NCBI RefSeq assembly: GCF_001194135.2
Contig: NC_068990.1
Span: 32,222,588 to 32,286,587 of the forward strand
Direction of reading: 5' to 3'
Origin: Octopus bimaculoides
Lineage: Eukaryota
Length of the DNA stretch: 64,000 bases
A program made the translations under genes and the position numbers. Under the pieces are notes generated by a model. That model saw only the letters and a program-made list of their open reading frames with translations. It did no database searches and was not told where the DNA came from. Below, in pieces: positions 1-13,459 of the stretch (position 1 is the stretch's first letter; each line of letters starts with the position of its first letter).

Positions 1-4
1 ATAC

Positions 5-35
<31 letters not shown>

Positions 36-52
36 TATATACACATACATAT

Positions 53-85
<33 letters not shown>

Positions 86-120
86 CACACATATATATAT
101 ATGCATTGTTTGTTTTCTAG

Positions 121-228
121 ATCCTTCTGTTAACATCACAAAAGTCCAAGAAAATTCCTTACAGAATTCCATTCCTCATCCATTATTTGTCACAGGAATT
201 ACTTTAAGCTCAATCAGGACAGAATCTG
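121..228 (+). CDS. RIC1: RIC1 internal coding exon 1 of window (phase 1/1)
   Basis: ttttctag acceptor, g|gtaagt donor. Translates (D)PSVNITKVQENSLQNSIPHPLFVTGITLSSIRTES(G), resembling the recalled human RIC1 segment [32 protein letters not shown]. Phase fits the next exon. Confidence 0.88.
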
Positions 229-3200
229 GTAAGTGTTCATCTTGGCCTTCGAAATACGGTTCTTATTTTGATTTTCAGTTGTATTGTGAAAATATATAGT
301 TGTGTACTTGTACTAATCCAGGTGTGGTTTTGTGAAAAATATAAAAATTTTTTTACAGTTTCTTTATTAAGGAATGGTAATGATACTAGTTTTGAGTTTG
401 GTGTTTTCAAATTCTGGAAGATTACTCACTTGAGGTTAACTTTGTAGATATTTCCTTTGGTGATCCCTTGTTACGATTCCTGGATACCAACTCTGAGAGC
501 ATAACACAACTGCTAAAGTGTTATTATATCAATCATGCAGATATGTATTTCAACCAATAAAATACCAGGCTACCAATCAAAGAGTTGCAATGGGTTTATG
601 TTTGTTTAGCTGTGCCATGTTGGGTCTTAATTCTTATTGGCTGAGTATACCTAGCTATAAATAGACTCTAAAACCAGATACAGCTTAGTACTTTGATTAG
701 AAGATGGACTGCTATATTAATGAATGTTTTTCTTTTTGATTCTCATATCATCCTGTAAGATATGAAAACAGAGGATTAGCCCAGCCAAGCTGACTTGCCT
801 TCTATACAATATCATGTGAAAAACAAAAATATCTGTAGTTATTTTGTAGTTACATACCAATGACCTGATGGGTTTTGCAACTATCCCACCACCACTACTA
901 CTATTACTACTAGTTCAGGCATGTTTGGTATGTGTCTGTGAAAACTGGTCCTTCTCAGTATCTCTTGTGTTTTACATCTGGTTTGCTGATCAACATCTAC
1001 CATAAATACAATTACTCTGCAACGCTTAGATGAGAATCTGTATTTAATGTGGCACTACCAATTGCTCTCTCCTCTCTTCTCTCTCTCTCTCTGTCCCTCC
1101 TTCACTCACACAATATGCACACATGCCATACACTCTGTTTTATTCATTGTGTAGAAGCCTAATAAGAATATCAAACTGTGACAGATAATAAGTCAATGTT
1201 TTGATTTGAAGCATTTGTGCTTTGTCAGGTAACGAGAGTCAACAGCTGCTCAGTCTCTGGCTAAGTGAATAGCACCAGCCTGTATCACTGTCTGTTGTAT
1301 ACTGTAACAATTTCAACATGGTCCAGGCACATCAACAATAGAACTAAGGGGGAATACTTCAGTGAAGTGTTCTGTAAACTAAATCAAAATATTGTACTGA
1401 CATACATTATTTAGTGAGTTGAAAAACTTTGATCAACTAAGATTATCCATGCAATTAGTAGGCAAAAACTCCTTTAATATCATAATTAGTGACAATGTTA
1501 TTCCTTCTATTTCTTTTGATACTGATTATTCTTGCTTAATCTTGCTGTTTAAGTAGATTATGCTTTGCTGAAGTGATGCGATAACACTGAAACATGTCTG
1601 TTACTTCTACTGGTTTGAAAGATCTAATCCATTTCTGTAGGGTGTTTTCCCTTTTTACCAATATCTTAGTTTATTGAATTTAATAGTTATCTTCCATTTT
1701 TAGCACCTCAAGGAGTTTTTGTATACTAATTGTATGGATAATCTCAAAGTGAAGCTTTTTTTGACTCACTATATTCCATATGTGAAATCTTATTGTATTT
1801 ATTATGCAGTTATTGGGCATTTTGTGAAAGAAGTCTGTCAAGGTAAAGTCTGTGGGACTGTTAATGTGTTATAATTTTACTAGAAGGACTGGCTGATTTT
1901 CAACTATAGTAAGCTTTTATGGGGCTTCTACACATTTCTAGTTTAGCATTATGTTTTTTTTCTTATTTTCATGCAACATGTTTAATATATAGCATGAAAA
2001 TAACTTCACAACAATGAGAGACTTTGCAAAATACAAATAATAGACAAAATAACATTGTTTTATTTCAATTTTGATCATGAGATAGGTCTTCTGATTTTTC
2101 CATTTGATACTATGTGTCATAATGTCTTCCATCTCATTGAACACTGTATTCTATATTAGCTCTGGCAAAATTGCTTTTATTTCTGATTTAGTTATCCAAA
2201 ATATTAACCCTAAACCTTTATCATAACATTTCAATGAAAAAGTATTAATTCTAAGAATGTCCTACATAAAAAAAAATGCAAATAATAAAGGATATAACAC
2301 AGCACCAGATAACACATTTGAAATTATGTTAGCATGCTTTGTTTGTAAAATGAAGTAAACAAACATTAAAAATAAAAAAGGATATTTATAAATTTATAAA
2401 TTTCATGTTAGAAATTACTTTACAAATTTGGAAAGAGTTAATTATCTATTAAGAGTTAATTATCTATTAAGGTGTATCTTTTAAATGCTTTATTCAATCA
2501 GTCAACCTGAAATACCTTGAAGTTGCCAATGTATGTAGGTTCCCTTAAAAAATTTTGTGATTAAAAGAAATTCATAAATGAGGGAAAAACAGTGTTTTAA
2601 TTTAATATTTTGTATTAAATTATTGATTTTCTTACAGCTTCCTAGTTTGGACTAAAACATTCCCATAAACACAAGTATTAGAAGTTGACTAATTTGCTTC
2701 TCTTTATTTCACTTTATATATATTTTTATATTGTCAAGCAGTATATTACTGATTATGGCATAAAACTGGTCAGAATGTTAACAATTGTACTTGGTAATAT
2801 TTGTAACTCTTTAGACAAGCTGGCTGGTAACATTCTCACCAATTATATGCTACAACTAGTAATATACTCATCCACTCATATTCTTCCATATATTATGGGA
2901 TAGCACTAGAGCTTCCTTATTACTTACCCAACCCTACCATCCTCATCACTCTCTCTCTCTCTCTCTCTCTCTCTACTAGCCTCCATTGCTATTGTTGCCC
3001 TTCTACTTTTACCCAACTTTGTTTCTTCTATTACTCTCTTCTCTACCATTCTCTCTCAACAATCATGCTTTCACTTTTCTAAGAGAAGTGCAGCTTTAAG
3101 CTCAGCTTATGGTGATCATCTTCTCTTCTGTTCCCACCTCACACTGTAGTGCAGTCTATGTAGACTTGCAAGTCACAAAGTAACTTCATTAGTACTAGTG

Positions 3201-3817
3201 CTATGATAAACTGTACCCAGTACACTCTGTAAAGTGGATTGTAAACTAAGCTGAGACAATTTAGGGTTGAGAGGACTTTTTCTTTTAGTTTTTTCCAAGG
3301 ACATAACACCCTCTCCAGTGTTGGTGCTATGGTTAAATATAAATAAATTTATTAATCCAATTTACATCGAATATTTTTTTTATCGATCACATAAAGATTA
3401 CAAAGAATTTTTTTCAGAAATTGCATAAAAAATTGGATTAAGCCCTTTGGCAGCTTTGCTGATTTGGGCAAGTTGGTAGGAGGTCAAGAAGTAAAAAATG
3501 GTTAATAATTATAATAATAAAAAAAATATAATGTCCTTTGCATCCAGTGTACTCTGTAAAATGGTTGGTGTTTTGGTGTTAGGAACAGTATCCAGTCATG
3601 GAAACCTTGCTGGTGCTGAGATACCTAAGAGGGAGATATTTCTCTAACCTATTGAAGAGTCAGTAACTATGAATAAGAATTTACAAGAATCAGCTGACCT
3701 GCCCAACCCATGCCAGCATGGAAAACGAACATAAAATGAAAATCATGATCATGATGATAGTTTCTTTATCTCTGTAATAACATCTCTTCCTTTCTGTCAG
3801 TCAATAAAGTGTTTATT

Positions 3818-4652
3818 CTCACTCTCTCTCTCTGACCACTTTCTCTCTCTCTCTCTCTGACCACTTTCTCTCTCTCTCTCTGACCACTCTCTCTCTCTCT
3901 CTGACCACTCTCTCTCTGACCACACTCTAACTCTCTCTGACCACACTCTCTCTCTCTCTCTCTGACCACTCTCTCTCTCTCTCTGACAACTCTCTCTCTC
4001 TCTCTGACCACTCTCTCTCTCTGACCACTCTCTCTCTCTGACCACTCTCTCTCTCTNNNNNNNNNNNNNNNNNNNNNNNNNNNNNNNNNNNNNNNNNNNN
4101 NNNNNNNNNNNNNNNNNNNNNNNNNNNNNNNNNNNNNNNNNNNNNNNNNNNNNNNNNNNNNNNNNNNNNNNNNNNNNNNNNNNNNNNNNNNNNNNNNNNN
4201 NNNNNNNNNNNNNNNNNNNNNNNNNNNNNNNNNNNNNNNNNNNNNNNNNNNNNNNNNNNNNNNNNNNNNNNNNNNNNNNNNNNNNNNNNNNNNNNNNNNN
4301 NNNNNNNNNNNNNNNNNNNNNNNNNNNNNNNNNNNNNNNNNNNNNNNNNNNNNNNNNNNNNNNNNNNNNNNNNNNNNNNNNNNNNNNNNNNNNNNNNNNN
4401 NNNNNNNNNNNNNNNNNNNNNNNNNNNNNNNNNNNNNNNNNNNNNNNNNNNNNNNNNNNNNNNNNNNNNNNNNNNNNNNNNNNNNNNNNNNNNNNNNNNN
4501 NNNNNNNNNNNNNNNNNNNNNNNNNNNNNNNNNNNNNNNNNNNNNNNNNNNNNNNNNNNNNNNNNNNNNNNNNNNNNNNNNNNNNNNNNNNNNNNNNNNN
4601 NNNNNNNNNNNNCCACTCTCTCTCTCACTCTGACCACTCTCTCTTGATGTCC
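3818..4652. repeat. (CT)n-GACCA compound minisatellite spanning an N gap
   Basis: Repeated tctctctctgaccac units of variable CT length on both sides of the gap. Confidence 0.9.
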
Positions 4653-5560
4653 ACAATATCCTGATATGTTTAGGGACATTGAATATAAAAGTTTTACAGA
4701 ATTGCATTCTCTTAATCAGGATGTTCCGAGTATCAGCAATCATGTTTCCTTAACATAATTTTTTTTTGTTTTTTACTAAATGCAAGCTTTCTAGTCAAGA
4801 TCTTTATCTGAAATAACTTCTACAACTTTAAGGTTATCTGATTTAGGGATATGCCAATAGAAAGAGTGTAGGGTTGTATTATCTTATGTTATTTAGCAAA
4901 ATGTACTTGCCTCTATCTAACCATGTATCTCTCTTGTTTTATTTTGTATCCTTGTCATTAAGCACCTGATAGTAGTGTGTATTGGGACACTGAAACCAAC
5001 AAAATTATGCATCACTTTTAGATGCATAATGAAATTATGAAAACGTAGTCAAGTACCATATTACTATGTGTGTGTGTGTGATTAGCTTTAACTTGTTTAA
5101 TAACAGTATTACCCTTAACAATATGGTAACAGTTGAGAAGTGTAACATTTATGTATGTAGTTATATAAGAAAATTTTCTTCCTTCTTTCTTTCCTGCGAT
5201 TAATATATTTATTTTGTAACATTACAAAACTGATTAAATTTAGTAAGAAGTTGTTTCTGGATAGCTAGAAACATTGGTTTATCAAATCTACTGTGTTTGT
5301 GTGTGTGTGTGAGAGAAAGAGAGAGAGAGAGAGAGACTTGTATTTACAGTAAGCTTTTCACTGTATCCTTAATCATCTTTTCAGCAAAAGGACCATATCC
5401 CCCAAGAATTTTGTGTCACTTGGTATAAATTGTTAGTTTGATTGGAGGGCCATACTTTGTAATTGTATTTTATTTCCCTTCCTGCTTATCAAATAACCAC
5501 TGAAGCTGTATGAAGTTTTAGTCTGTCATAAAATGTTTTCACGAACTCTGTTTGTCTTAG

Positions 5561-5688
5561 GTTCACGTCTGCAGAAACCTTTGAAAGATGCAGAAAGTAT
5601 TTTGGTTAATCTCTCTGGTAAGCTGTTGATGTTCCAGCCAGAGAAAGCATCATCTCATATGAAAGCTGACAACAACAAATATTCCTTG
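5561..5688 (+). CDS. RIC1: RIC1 internal coding exon 2 of window (phase 1/0)
   Basis: tttgtcttag acceptor, ttg|gtaagt donor. (G)SRLQKPLKDAESILVNLSGKLLMFQPEKASSHMKADNNKYSL resembles RIC1 AESIMLNLAGQLIMMQ. Confidence 0.9.
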
Positions 5689-8016
5689 GTAAGTATGCTA
5701 GTTTCTTATAAACAGTTGAAAAGGACAGATTGAGTTTAGTTTCTTTTGGTGGATTTTTTTTTTTTTGTTTTTCAAAATTCTGGTCCCTCTCTTTGTTTTT
5801 TTGACCTACTCACATTGAAAAAGGTAGGTTGAAGAATTGTATAAATAAATACAGAAATTATGGTGCAATATATCTATATAAATCTATCATCTGTGTGTGT
5901 TTGTGTAATACAATGGATTTTGGGATATTGGCAATGAAAATTCTTTAGGAAATTGTGTTTTACTATTAAAGCTAGTAGTTATATCAATAAGTTAAAGTAA
6001 ATTTAATCAATAATGGTTTGCGTTTTACTACTGCTTTAGTGTTTGAAGAATATCAATAAAAGGATAGAATTCCATATACATTGTATATAGAATTAAGTAC
6101 AATTTATTTCACATCTATCTATGAAAAGCCATCATGTTTCTTTAAAAAGATGTGTCAAAAGGATCATGAGATAACGTCTGGTTTATATCATGACAAACCT
6201 TATAATTTGTTTTCTTAAACAAGCCCCAGTTGAGTACTGGGCTTCATCTGATTTGATAATTCTTCTTCCTCACTCTTGCTGCCAATATAAGAAAGTTTTC
6301 AGTTAATATCCACGCAAGTTTTCTATCAATCATGGTTCATTAGCCCTGATTGAGTATGATGATAAGTATTCTAGCCATAACATCATCTCCTTCCTTTTGA
6401 AGGTGATAGGGTGTTACTTGAAGATGCAATGGTTGCTACTTCTAGCAGGTCAAATGATTATGTTAGATACTCTTTCTGGTTTACTATAAGTAATTGCAAC
6501 ATTCTACCTTGTTTAGTTGTTGTTTAGCCCCAGGTCAACACTGTCTGGGCAGGCCTATGATCACAGGTTTTCCAGTCATGATCAGCTTATTTTTTTTAAG
6601 GTAGTCTTAGACTGATGTCTAACGTGTCTTTTACCTTTTTTTTGTTTAATTCAGTAAGGTGTGATTTAAAGGAAATTTGGTTGTTATCTTCAATGTGTTG
6701 AGGAACCATGTAGAGACCCCATTTTTGGTTCAAAGTGGTTAATTAGTGGCAATAGCAGAATCATTACCAACAAACATTTAAGAATAGAATAAAATAAGAA
6801 TTCTTGGCAAGTTTGAATCTATTTCTATTGCTTCAGAATTATGTTCTTTTACTAGTTTATCATATTCTCTTAACTTTTTCCATTTTAAATATCAGTTACA
6901 TAACTAAGTCAATATTTTCACTAGTATATTTTTAAAACTTACCATATATAGTCATAATAAAGAATGACTTTGTGGTTAGAAATGTAAATATCGGGTACCT
7001 AAAGACAATTAGAAATTAGGCAGACATAATGCAACAATAATACACAAAAGGTGTGGTCAATAGTCCAAAGGATTGAAGTTAAAGGAATTTACCTCAAAAA
7101 TATAGACAACCATTTATCTAAATGTGTATGTGTGTGTGTGTGTGAGTGAGAGATGAGTTTTTAAAATTTTGCCAATGTTAATTGTCTATTTTTATTTTTT
7201 ACCTTGCAGTTGTACGTGAGTTTAGTAAAGGAGGGTAAAGGAAAAAAAAATATATATATAGGCTCTTCANNNNNNNNNNNNNNNNNNNNNNNNNNNNNNN
7301 NNNNNNNNNNNNNNNNNNNNNNNNNNNNNNNNNNNNNNNNNNNNNNNNNNNNNNNNNNNNNNNNNNNNNNNNNNNNNNNNNNNNNNNNNNNNNNNNNNNN
7401 NNNNNNNNNNNNNNNNNNNNNNNNNNNNNNNNNNNNNNNNNNNNNNNNNNNNNNNNNNNNNNNNNNNNNNNNNNNNNNNNNNNNNNNNNNNNNNNNNNNN
7501 NNNNNNNNNNNNNNNNNNNNNNNNNNNNNNNNNNNNNNNNNNNNNNNNNNNNNNNNNNNNNNNNNNNNNNNNNNNNNNNNNNNNNNNNNNNNNNNNNNNN
7601 NNNNNNNNNNNNNNNNNNNNNNNNNNNNNNNNNNNNNNNNNNNNNNNNNNNNNNNNNNNNNNNNNNNNNNNNNNNNNNNNNNNNNNNNNNNNNNNNNNNN
7701 NNNNNNNNNNNNNNNNNNNNNNNNNNNNNNNNNNNNNNNNNNNNNNNNNNNNNNNNNNNNNNNNNNNNNNNNNNNNNNNNNNNNNNNNNNNNTTTTTTTT
7801 TCCGTTTTGAGTTCTAAATATTTTTTTCTTGAAAATTATTGTTTTTGTTGTTGTTGTTTTATCTTTGAATTATGTCTTGGAATATTTGGCAAAATAATCA
7901 ATCTGAGAGTCTTAAGGGCAGAAGAAAGTCAAAGAATGTAGTATTATGTATTCAAATATATGCTGATATTTTATATACACAGGAACTGAATGTTGGTGGT
8001 CTTCGTTTGTCATTGA

Positions 8017-8051
<35 letters not shown>

Positions 8052-8702
8052 CTATATATATATATATGTATACATAGATATATGTTTGTGTGTCTGTCTG
8101 TATGTATATATGTATATATATATTTAATAATAGCTTGACTTCAGTATACATTACTTTTATTAATGCAAACCTGAATCTGTTAATACTGTTCATAATATAA
8201 CCTCCATGACATATGTTGAATGCTTCTTTTGTTTGGACACCTATTTGTGGATGTATGTGTGCCTATCTGTTTGTACCTTCTTTCCAAGAGACGGCTTCTC
8301 ATACTCATACTCTTGCACACCCTCTGCATTCCTCTTCCCTTCCCTTTTACCACATATTTGTGCCTGCTCTCACCTTCTCACATCCATGCTTTCCTAATAC
8401 ACTCTTAATGATTACACACACCAACAACTCACCCTCCACCAGCAAACTACATCACTATACTTGCACACTTCTACACACATACCCCCACCACAAAGCCTCC
8501 TCACACTACCTTCTGTGTCTATCTCTAAGCATAAATACCATCCTGTTGCTGAATATGCACATTTGCTCCCTGTTCATTTTTTAATTCACTCCACTCCATA
8601 GAACCACATTCCCACCTGTTTTCTTATCCCTTACCTGTTATATATATATTTTTTTCTGTCACCAATTTGTCCTCTTTCTCATTTCCTGTGCTTTGATCTT
8701 CT

Positions 8703-8736
8703 CTTCTGATGAAGGACTAACATCTGAAACGTTAAG
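8703..8736 (+). ncRNA. Minimal type-I hammerhead ribozyme-like motif (Penelope-type)
   Basis: ctt-CTGATGA-agg-actaaca-tct-GAAA-C-GTT-aag: intact core, 3-bp stem I, 3-bp stem II with one GU pair, palindromic loopless stem III. Activity untested. Confidence 0.6.
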
Positions 8737-9126
8737 CTGTTTTCCTTTGTTGGACTAATACAACGTTTGTTAAATTTTGTCCCTCCTGTGTTTTGGGTTC
8801 AGTCCCAAATTGCAACACTTTGAGCAAGTGACTTAAATGACTTTTACTATAACCCTGGGTCAACCAATGTCTTGTGGCTGAATTTGGTCAGTGGAAGCTG
8901 TGTGAAAGCCCATCATATGTGCTGTGTGTAGGTATAAATGTATGTGTATGTATGTGTGTGTATGTATATATATATATACTCGTACACCCCTCTCTCTCTT
9001 TTTTAATTAAGGAAGTCAAGTCATTTCATTGCTTGAAATTGAGCTGCAGCCATCATATATGTATGTATGTGTGTCTGTATGAGTATATGCATAAATGTCT
9101 GTGTGTATGTATGTGTATATGCATAG

Positions 9127-9622
<496 letters not shown>

Positions 9623-10046
9623 ATATGTGTATTTGTGTATGTATATGTGTGTGTATATATATATATGCATGTCTATGCATGTGTGTGTACATATATGTAT
9701 TGTTGTATCCTTTGTAATTAGTAGGGGGATTTTTATTGATAAGTATTAAGGTTAATTGTATCTATTGTTTCAAAGGTAAATATCTATCTTTCTCTCTGTA
9801 CAATGGCTATTTGTTTCTCATGGAATTTCGGTGCCTGCCTGTAAGTTTTATTCAAGGAATCCAGTTAAGATGGGGGATTCGACACTCAGATTCAAAATGT
9901 TTTATTTGTTTTGGCTGGGTTTCATGTATGATCTCATTTGATGGACATCGTTTTCTTTACTGGCTGTTGCTTCTTCCCCTATTGGAAATATTTTAATATG
10001 TCTTCTTCATTGTATTTTTGTTATAAACAAATTCTTAAATCTTCAG

Positions 10047-10178
10047 GATACGTCTTTCTGTTCACCTTCTGTTGTTGCCACTTCTGTTGAGAACCTCTGG
10101 ACAACTGCAAAAGCCAACCTTGGAAAATTGCAGTTAATGGAAGCCTTATGGCTTGGATGTGGTTCCCAAGGAATGAAG
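10047..10178 (+). CDS. RIC1: RIC1 internal coding exon 3 of window (phase 0/0)
   Basis: cttcag acceptor, aag|gtatga donor. [44 protein letters not shown] matches RIC1 FCPPVVLAQSVENVWTT...LEALWLSCGGAGMK. Confidence 0.95.
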
Positions 10179-10973
10179 GTATGACTCTTTACCATCTGCA
10201 ATTGAATTTTGATGTTTTCTGTATTTCTAATACCATTCATATTAATCAATATAATATTTAATGATTTTTAACTTCTTGTAAACACTGAACTATATATCCT
10301 GTTGCTATTGCCTTTTGTCTTCAAGCAATGCAGATAGACTCTTTCTATCCCATGTCTTTCTTCAAATTAGGTCCTTTGAGAAATAAAAATTCTTCTCTAT
10401 AACTAGTATCATACTGAGTTATTAGGTGATTTTCTGTTCCAAAAGTCAAATCTCTTTCTTAACCCATTACCTCCCATAATTCTATTAACTGGAATTTTTT
10501 TTATAAAACTTTGATTTCTAGCATAAAACAGCCTTAGAAACACGCTGGAATGATCAAAATAACATTTCAAAATAACATTTTAAATAGAAATAAGCGAGAT
10601 ATTGGGTGAAAAATTAGCAAACCTCATTTGAAGATCAGAGAAATATACCTAGAAGATATAGCAAAAAGGTTAGATATCTGTAAATATTGACAGATAATTA
10701 CGAAATTTGTAATTTTTAAATGATCTCATGAGATCACTGGTAGGTAATGGATTAAACAAGAATTAACAAAACAGGGAAACTATTAAGAACGACATTAGTG
10801 AACAAAGTTAGTAACCAAGATCTCATTTCCTCTCAGAACTTAATTCATTTGTTTCTAATGTCTTTGAGAAAGGCATAAATGTGTTGTTATATCCACTCAC
10901 TACATACTACAAGTCTATCCTCTTACATCTGTAAATTTATAATATTTAATTTTGTATTTATTTTATTTTCAAG

Positions 10974-11070
10974 GTCTGGTTACCTCTGTTTCCTAGGGAT
11001 GAAGGGAAAACACACAATTTCATGTCAAAAAGAATAATGTTACCGTTTAAAGTGGACATTTACCCCTTGG
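10974..11070 (+). CDS. RIC1: RIC1 internal coding exon 4 of window (phase 0/1)
   Basis: ttttcaag acceptor, ttgg|gtaagt donor. [32 protein letters not shown] matches RIC1 VWLPLFPRD...RIMLPFHINIYPL. Confidence 0.96.
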
Positions 11071-12169
11071 GTAAGTGTGTTCTGATTTACATTTCATTTT
11101 ATTTTCTGTAATTATCTGCAGTTACTTAATCTTTACATATCAACTAAAATTACAAAGGAGAGACACTGAAAGCGACACTGATAGCTTTAGGAATGAAGGT
11201 TGAAAGGATAACTGCAGAAAGATGGATGGTGGTAGGAAGGCATATATTCTGTTGATTTATTGTTGTTGAAATAATCATTCTTCTCTGGATGGTATTTTCC
11301 AACTGGAGTCATTGAAGCTTAGTATGTTTTGGCAATGAAGCAGTTGCTGCATATAATCTCTAACCACCAACAGTAGTAAACTGTAATTTTTTCTGTGGTG
11401 TATGTATATATCATTGGATCCTGTCAAACCATCCAAAGCATGCCAGTATGGAAGTTAGATGATAAATGTTGCTGTTGATGATGATGGTGGTGGTGGTGGT
11501 GGTTATATAAAGACATGTGTTGAAAATACAATATATATTGGAGCAAGATGAAAATTGTTGCAGCAGTGACTCATGAGAACAACAGACGTGTTTTTCTCTG
11601 CTTGGAGTTTGCCAATGCTGTGCACCTGTTTGCTACTAAATAAAATGAAATAAAATTCATGTTTTGATACCCATAGGAAACAGTGCATAATGCATCCACA
11701 AGTTTTATGGAAAGCTGAGCTGCAAAATACTTGGTGAATGCAACTGAAAGGGTGTTAAATTAACATTTCCATCTGCATATCATACTAAATGTATATACAC
11801 CACTGAAAGACATGATGCTGTGGTTTTTTATCTGAGATAAAATCTCTTCATAGACACGGTGTTCTAACAACACAGTATATATCTGAGTGTGAGAAAGAGA
11901 GAGAGAGAGAGACACACACACACACACACACGGTCATCATCACACAAGTGTACCCAGTGTCATATAAGTGTACTCAGCAAAATTAATCTCACTTATATAT
12001 GTTCATTGATATGCAAGCATGTCTACATTCATGTACACTCATACTGACACTCATGCATGCACACTCACCTACACACACACATTCACCCACCTCCCACATG
12101 TCACCATCTACAACCTTTCAACCTATGAATATGTAATGGTTGTGTGTATGTGTGGCTATATCATTTCAG

Positions 12170-12288
12170 CTGTGTTATTTGAAGATGCTGTAATCCTGGG
12201 TACTGCTAGTGAGACGATATCATACACCTTTGCTACCCTCAACCGACATCTGCCATCTGATTTACCATATTTGATGCTGGACCGAACT
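12170..12288 (+). CDS. RIC1: RIC1 internal coding exon 5 of window (phase 1/0)
   Basis: catttcag acceptor, act|gtaagt donor. (A)VLFEDAVILGTASETISYTFATLNRHLPSDLPYLMLDRT matches RIC1 AVLFEDALVLG...ERT. Confidence 0.95.
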
Positions 12289-12878
12289 GTAAGTTATATA
12301 TGTTCATCAAATGCATCTCTTGTTGTTCCCCATCTGTGTGTTTATATTTTTCATTTTTCTAAATGGTTTTACAACGCTTTTACAGGGACTCTGAGACATG
12401 TGAGAGAAATGTAGAAAATTAACATTAGGCTGAAGAAGTGGATTCCAAATGCTTGCAACACTTGGACTCCACTTGAGGCAGCCGAAGGTTAGATAATGGT
12501 GTTAAGCAAGTAATGGTTTAAATGTACTACACAAAACAGAAAGGGTTTCTCTGATATGTGTTTCAATACAGTTTTCATTTACCAAATTTAATGTCCTAGG
12601 TTTTGGCTGATCTGAGTCTATGGCAGAAGACACTTTTTCAAGGTGTCATGCTTTATGATTGAATACAAACCCACAAAGCTGCTAAGTGATCTCCTTCATC
12701 ACATAGCCATGTCTGTTTGCACACTTGTATTTGTTTTTCCATTAGTGTCATGTATGCTTCTATATATGCATACATGCTATACTCTTTTGTCATACACAAA
12801 CACTGATATTACCACATCTCTCTATATACATAATGTAGTATGTATACATGCTACATCAAAAACATATATTGTATCCAT

Positions 12879-13404
12879 CAAAGGTGGGCACCATTAATCG
12901 AGAAGTTAACTCTGTTAACTGTTAATTCGTTAACCAAAAAGTTAACTTTGATAACCGTTAATCAGTTAATTCTTTAAAAATGTAATGGAAGTTATTTTTA
13001 AACTGTTAATTTTTATTATAAAAAAAATCAAAAAAACTAGTTTTTGTTCTAAAATGACTTAAAAACACCTTTAAAAAGTGCCAAAATCAGCATTTTTGGG
13101 CCTTTTTAAGAGCTTTAGAACCCCAAAATTATAGTTTTTCTTTTGCTTTAGAGTTAAAGAATGCTGATTTTATAGTTTTAACTAAAAAAGGCTGATTTCA
13201 TAGTTTTGGTCCTTCTTTTTAGGTTTTTAAAAGCTTTTAGAACCAGAAAAGGGTGAAATAAAACTCAAATGAAGCACAATACTAGTATTAAACTAAATCA
13301 GTTTATTGATAGGAGCTGGCCATGCAGGAGCCTGTGCCAGACTTCTGTGTCTATTTTGGCACAGTTTTTACAGCTGGATGTCTTTCCTAATACTAACCAC
13401 CTAT

Positions 13405-13459
<55 letters not shown>

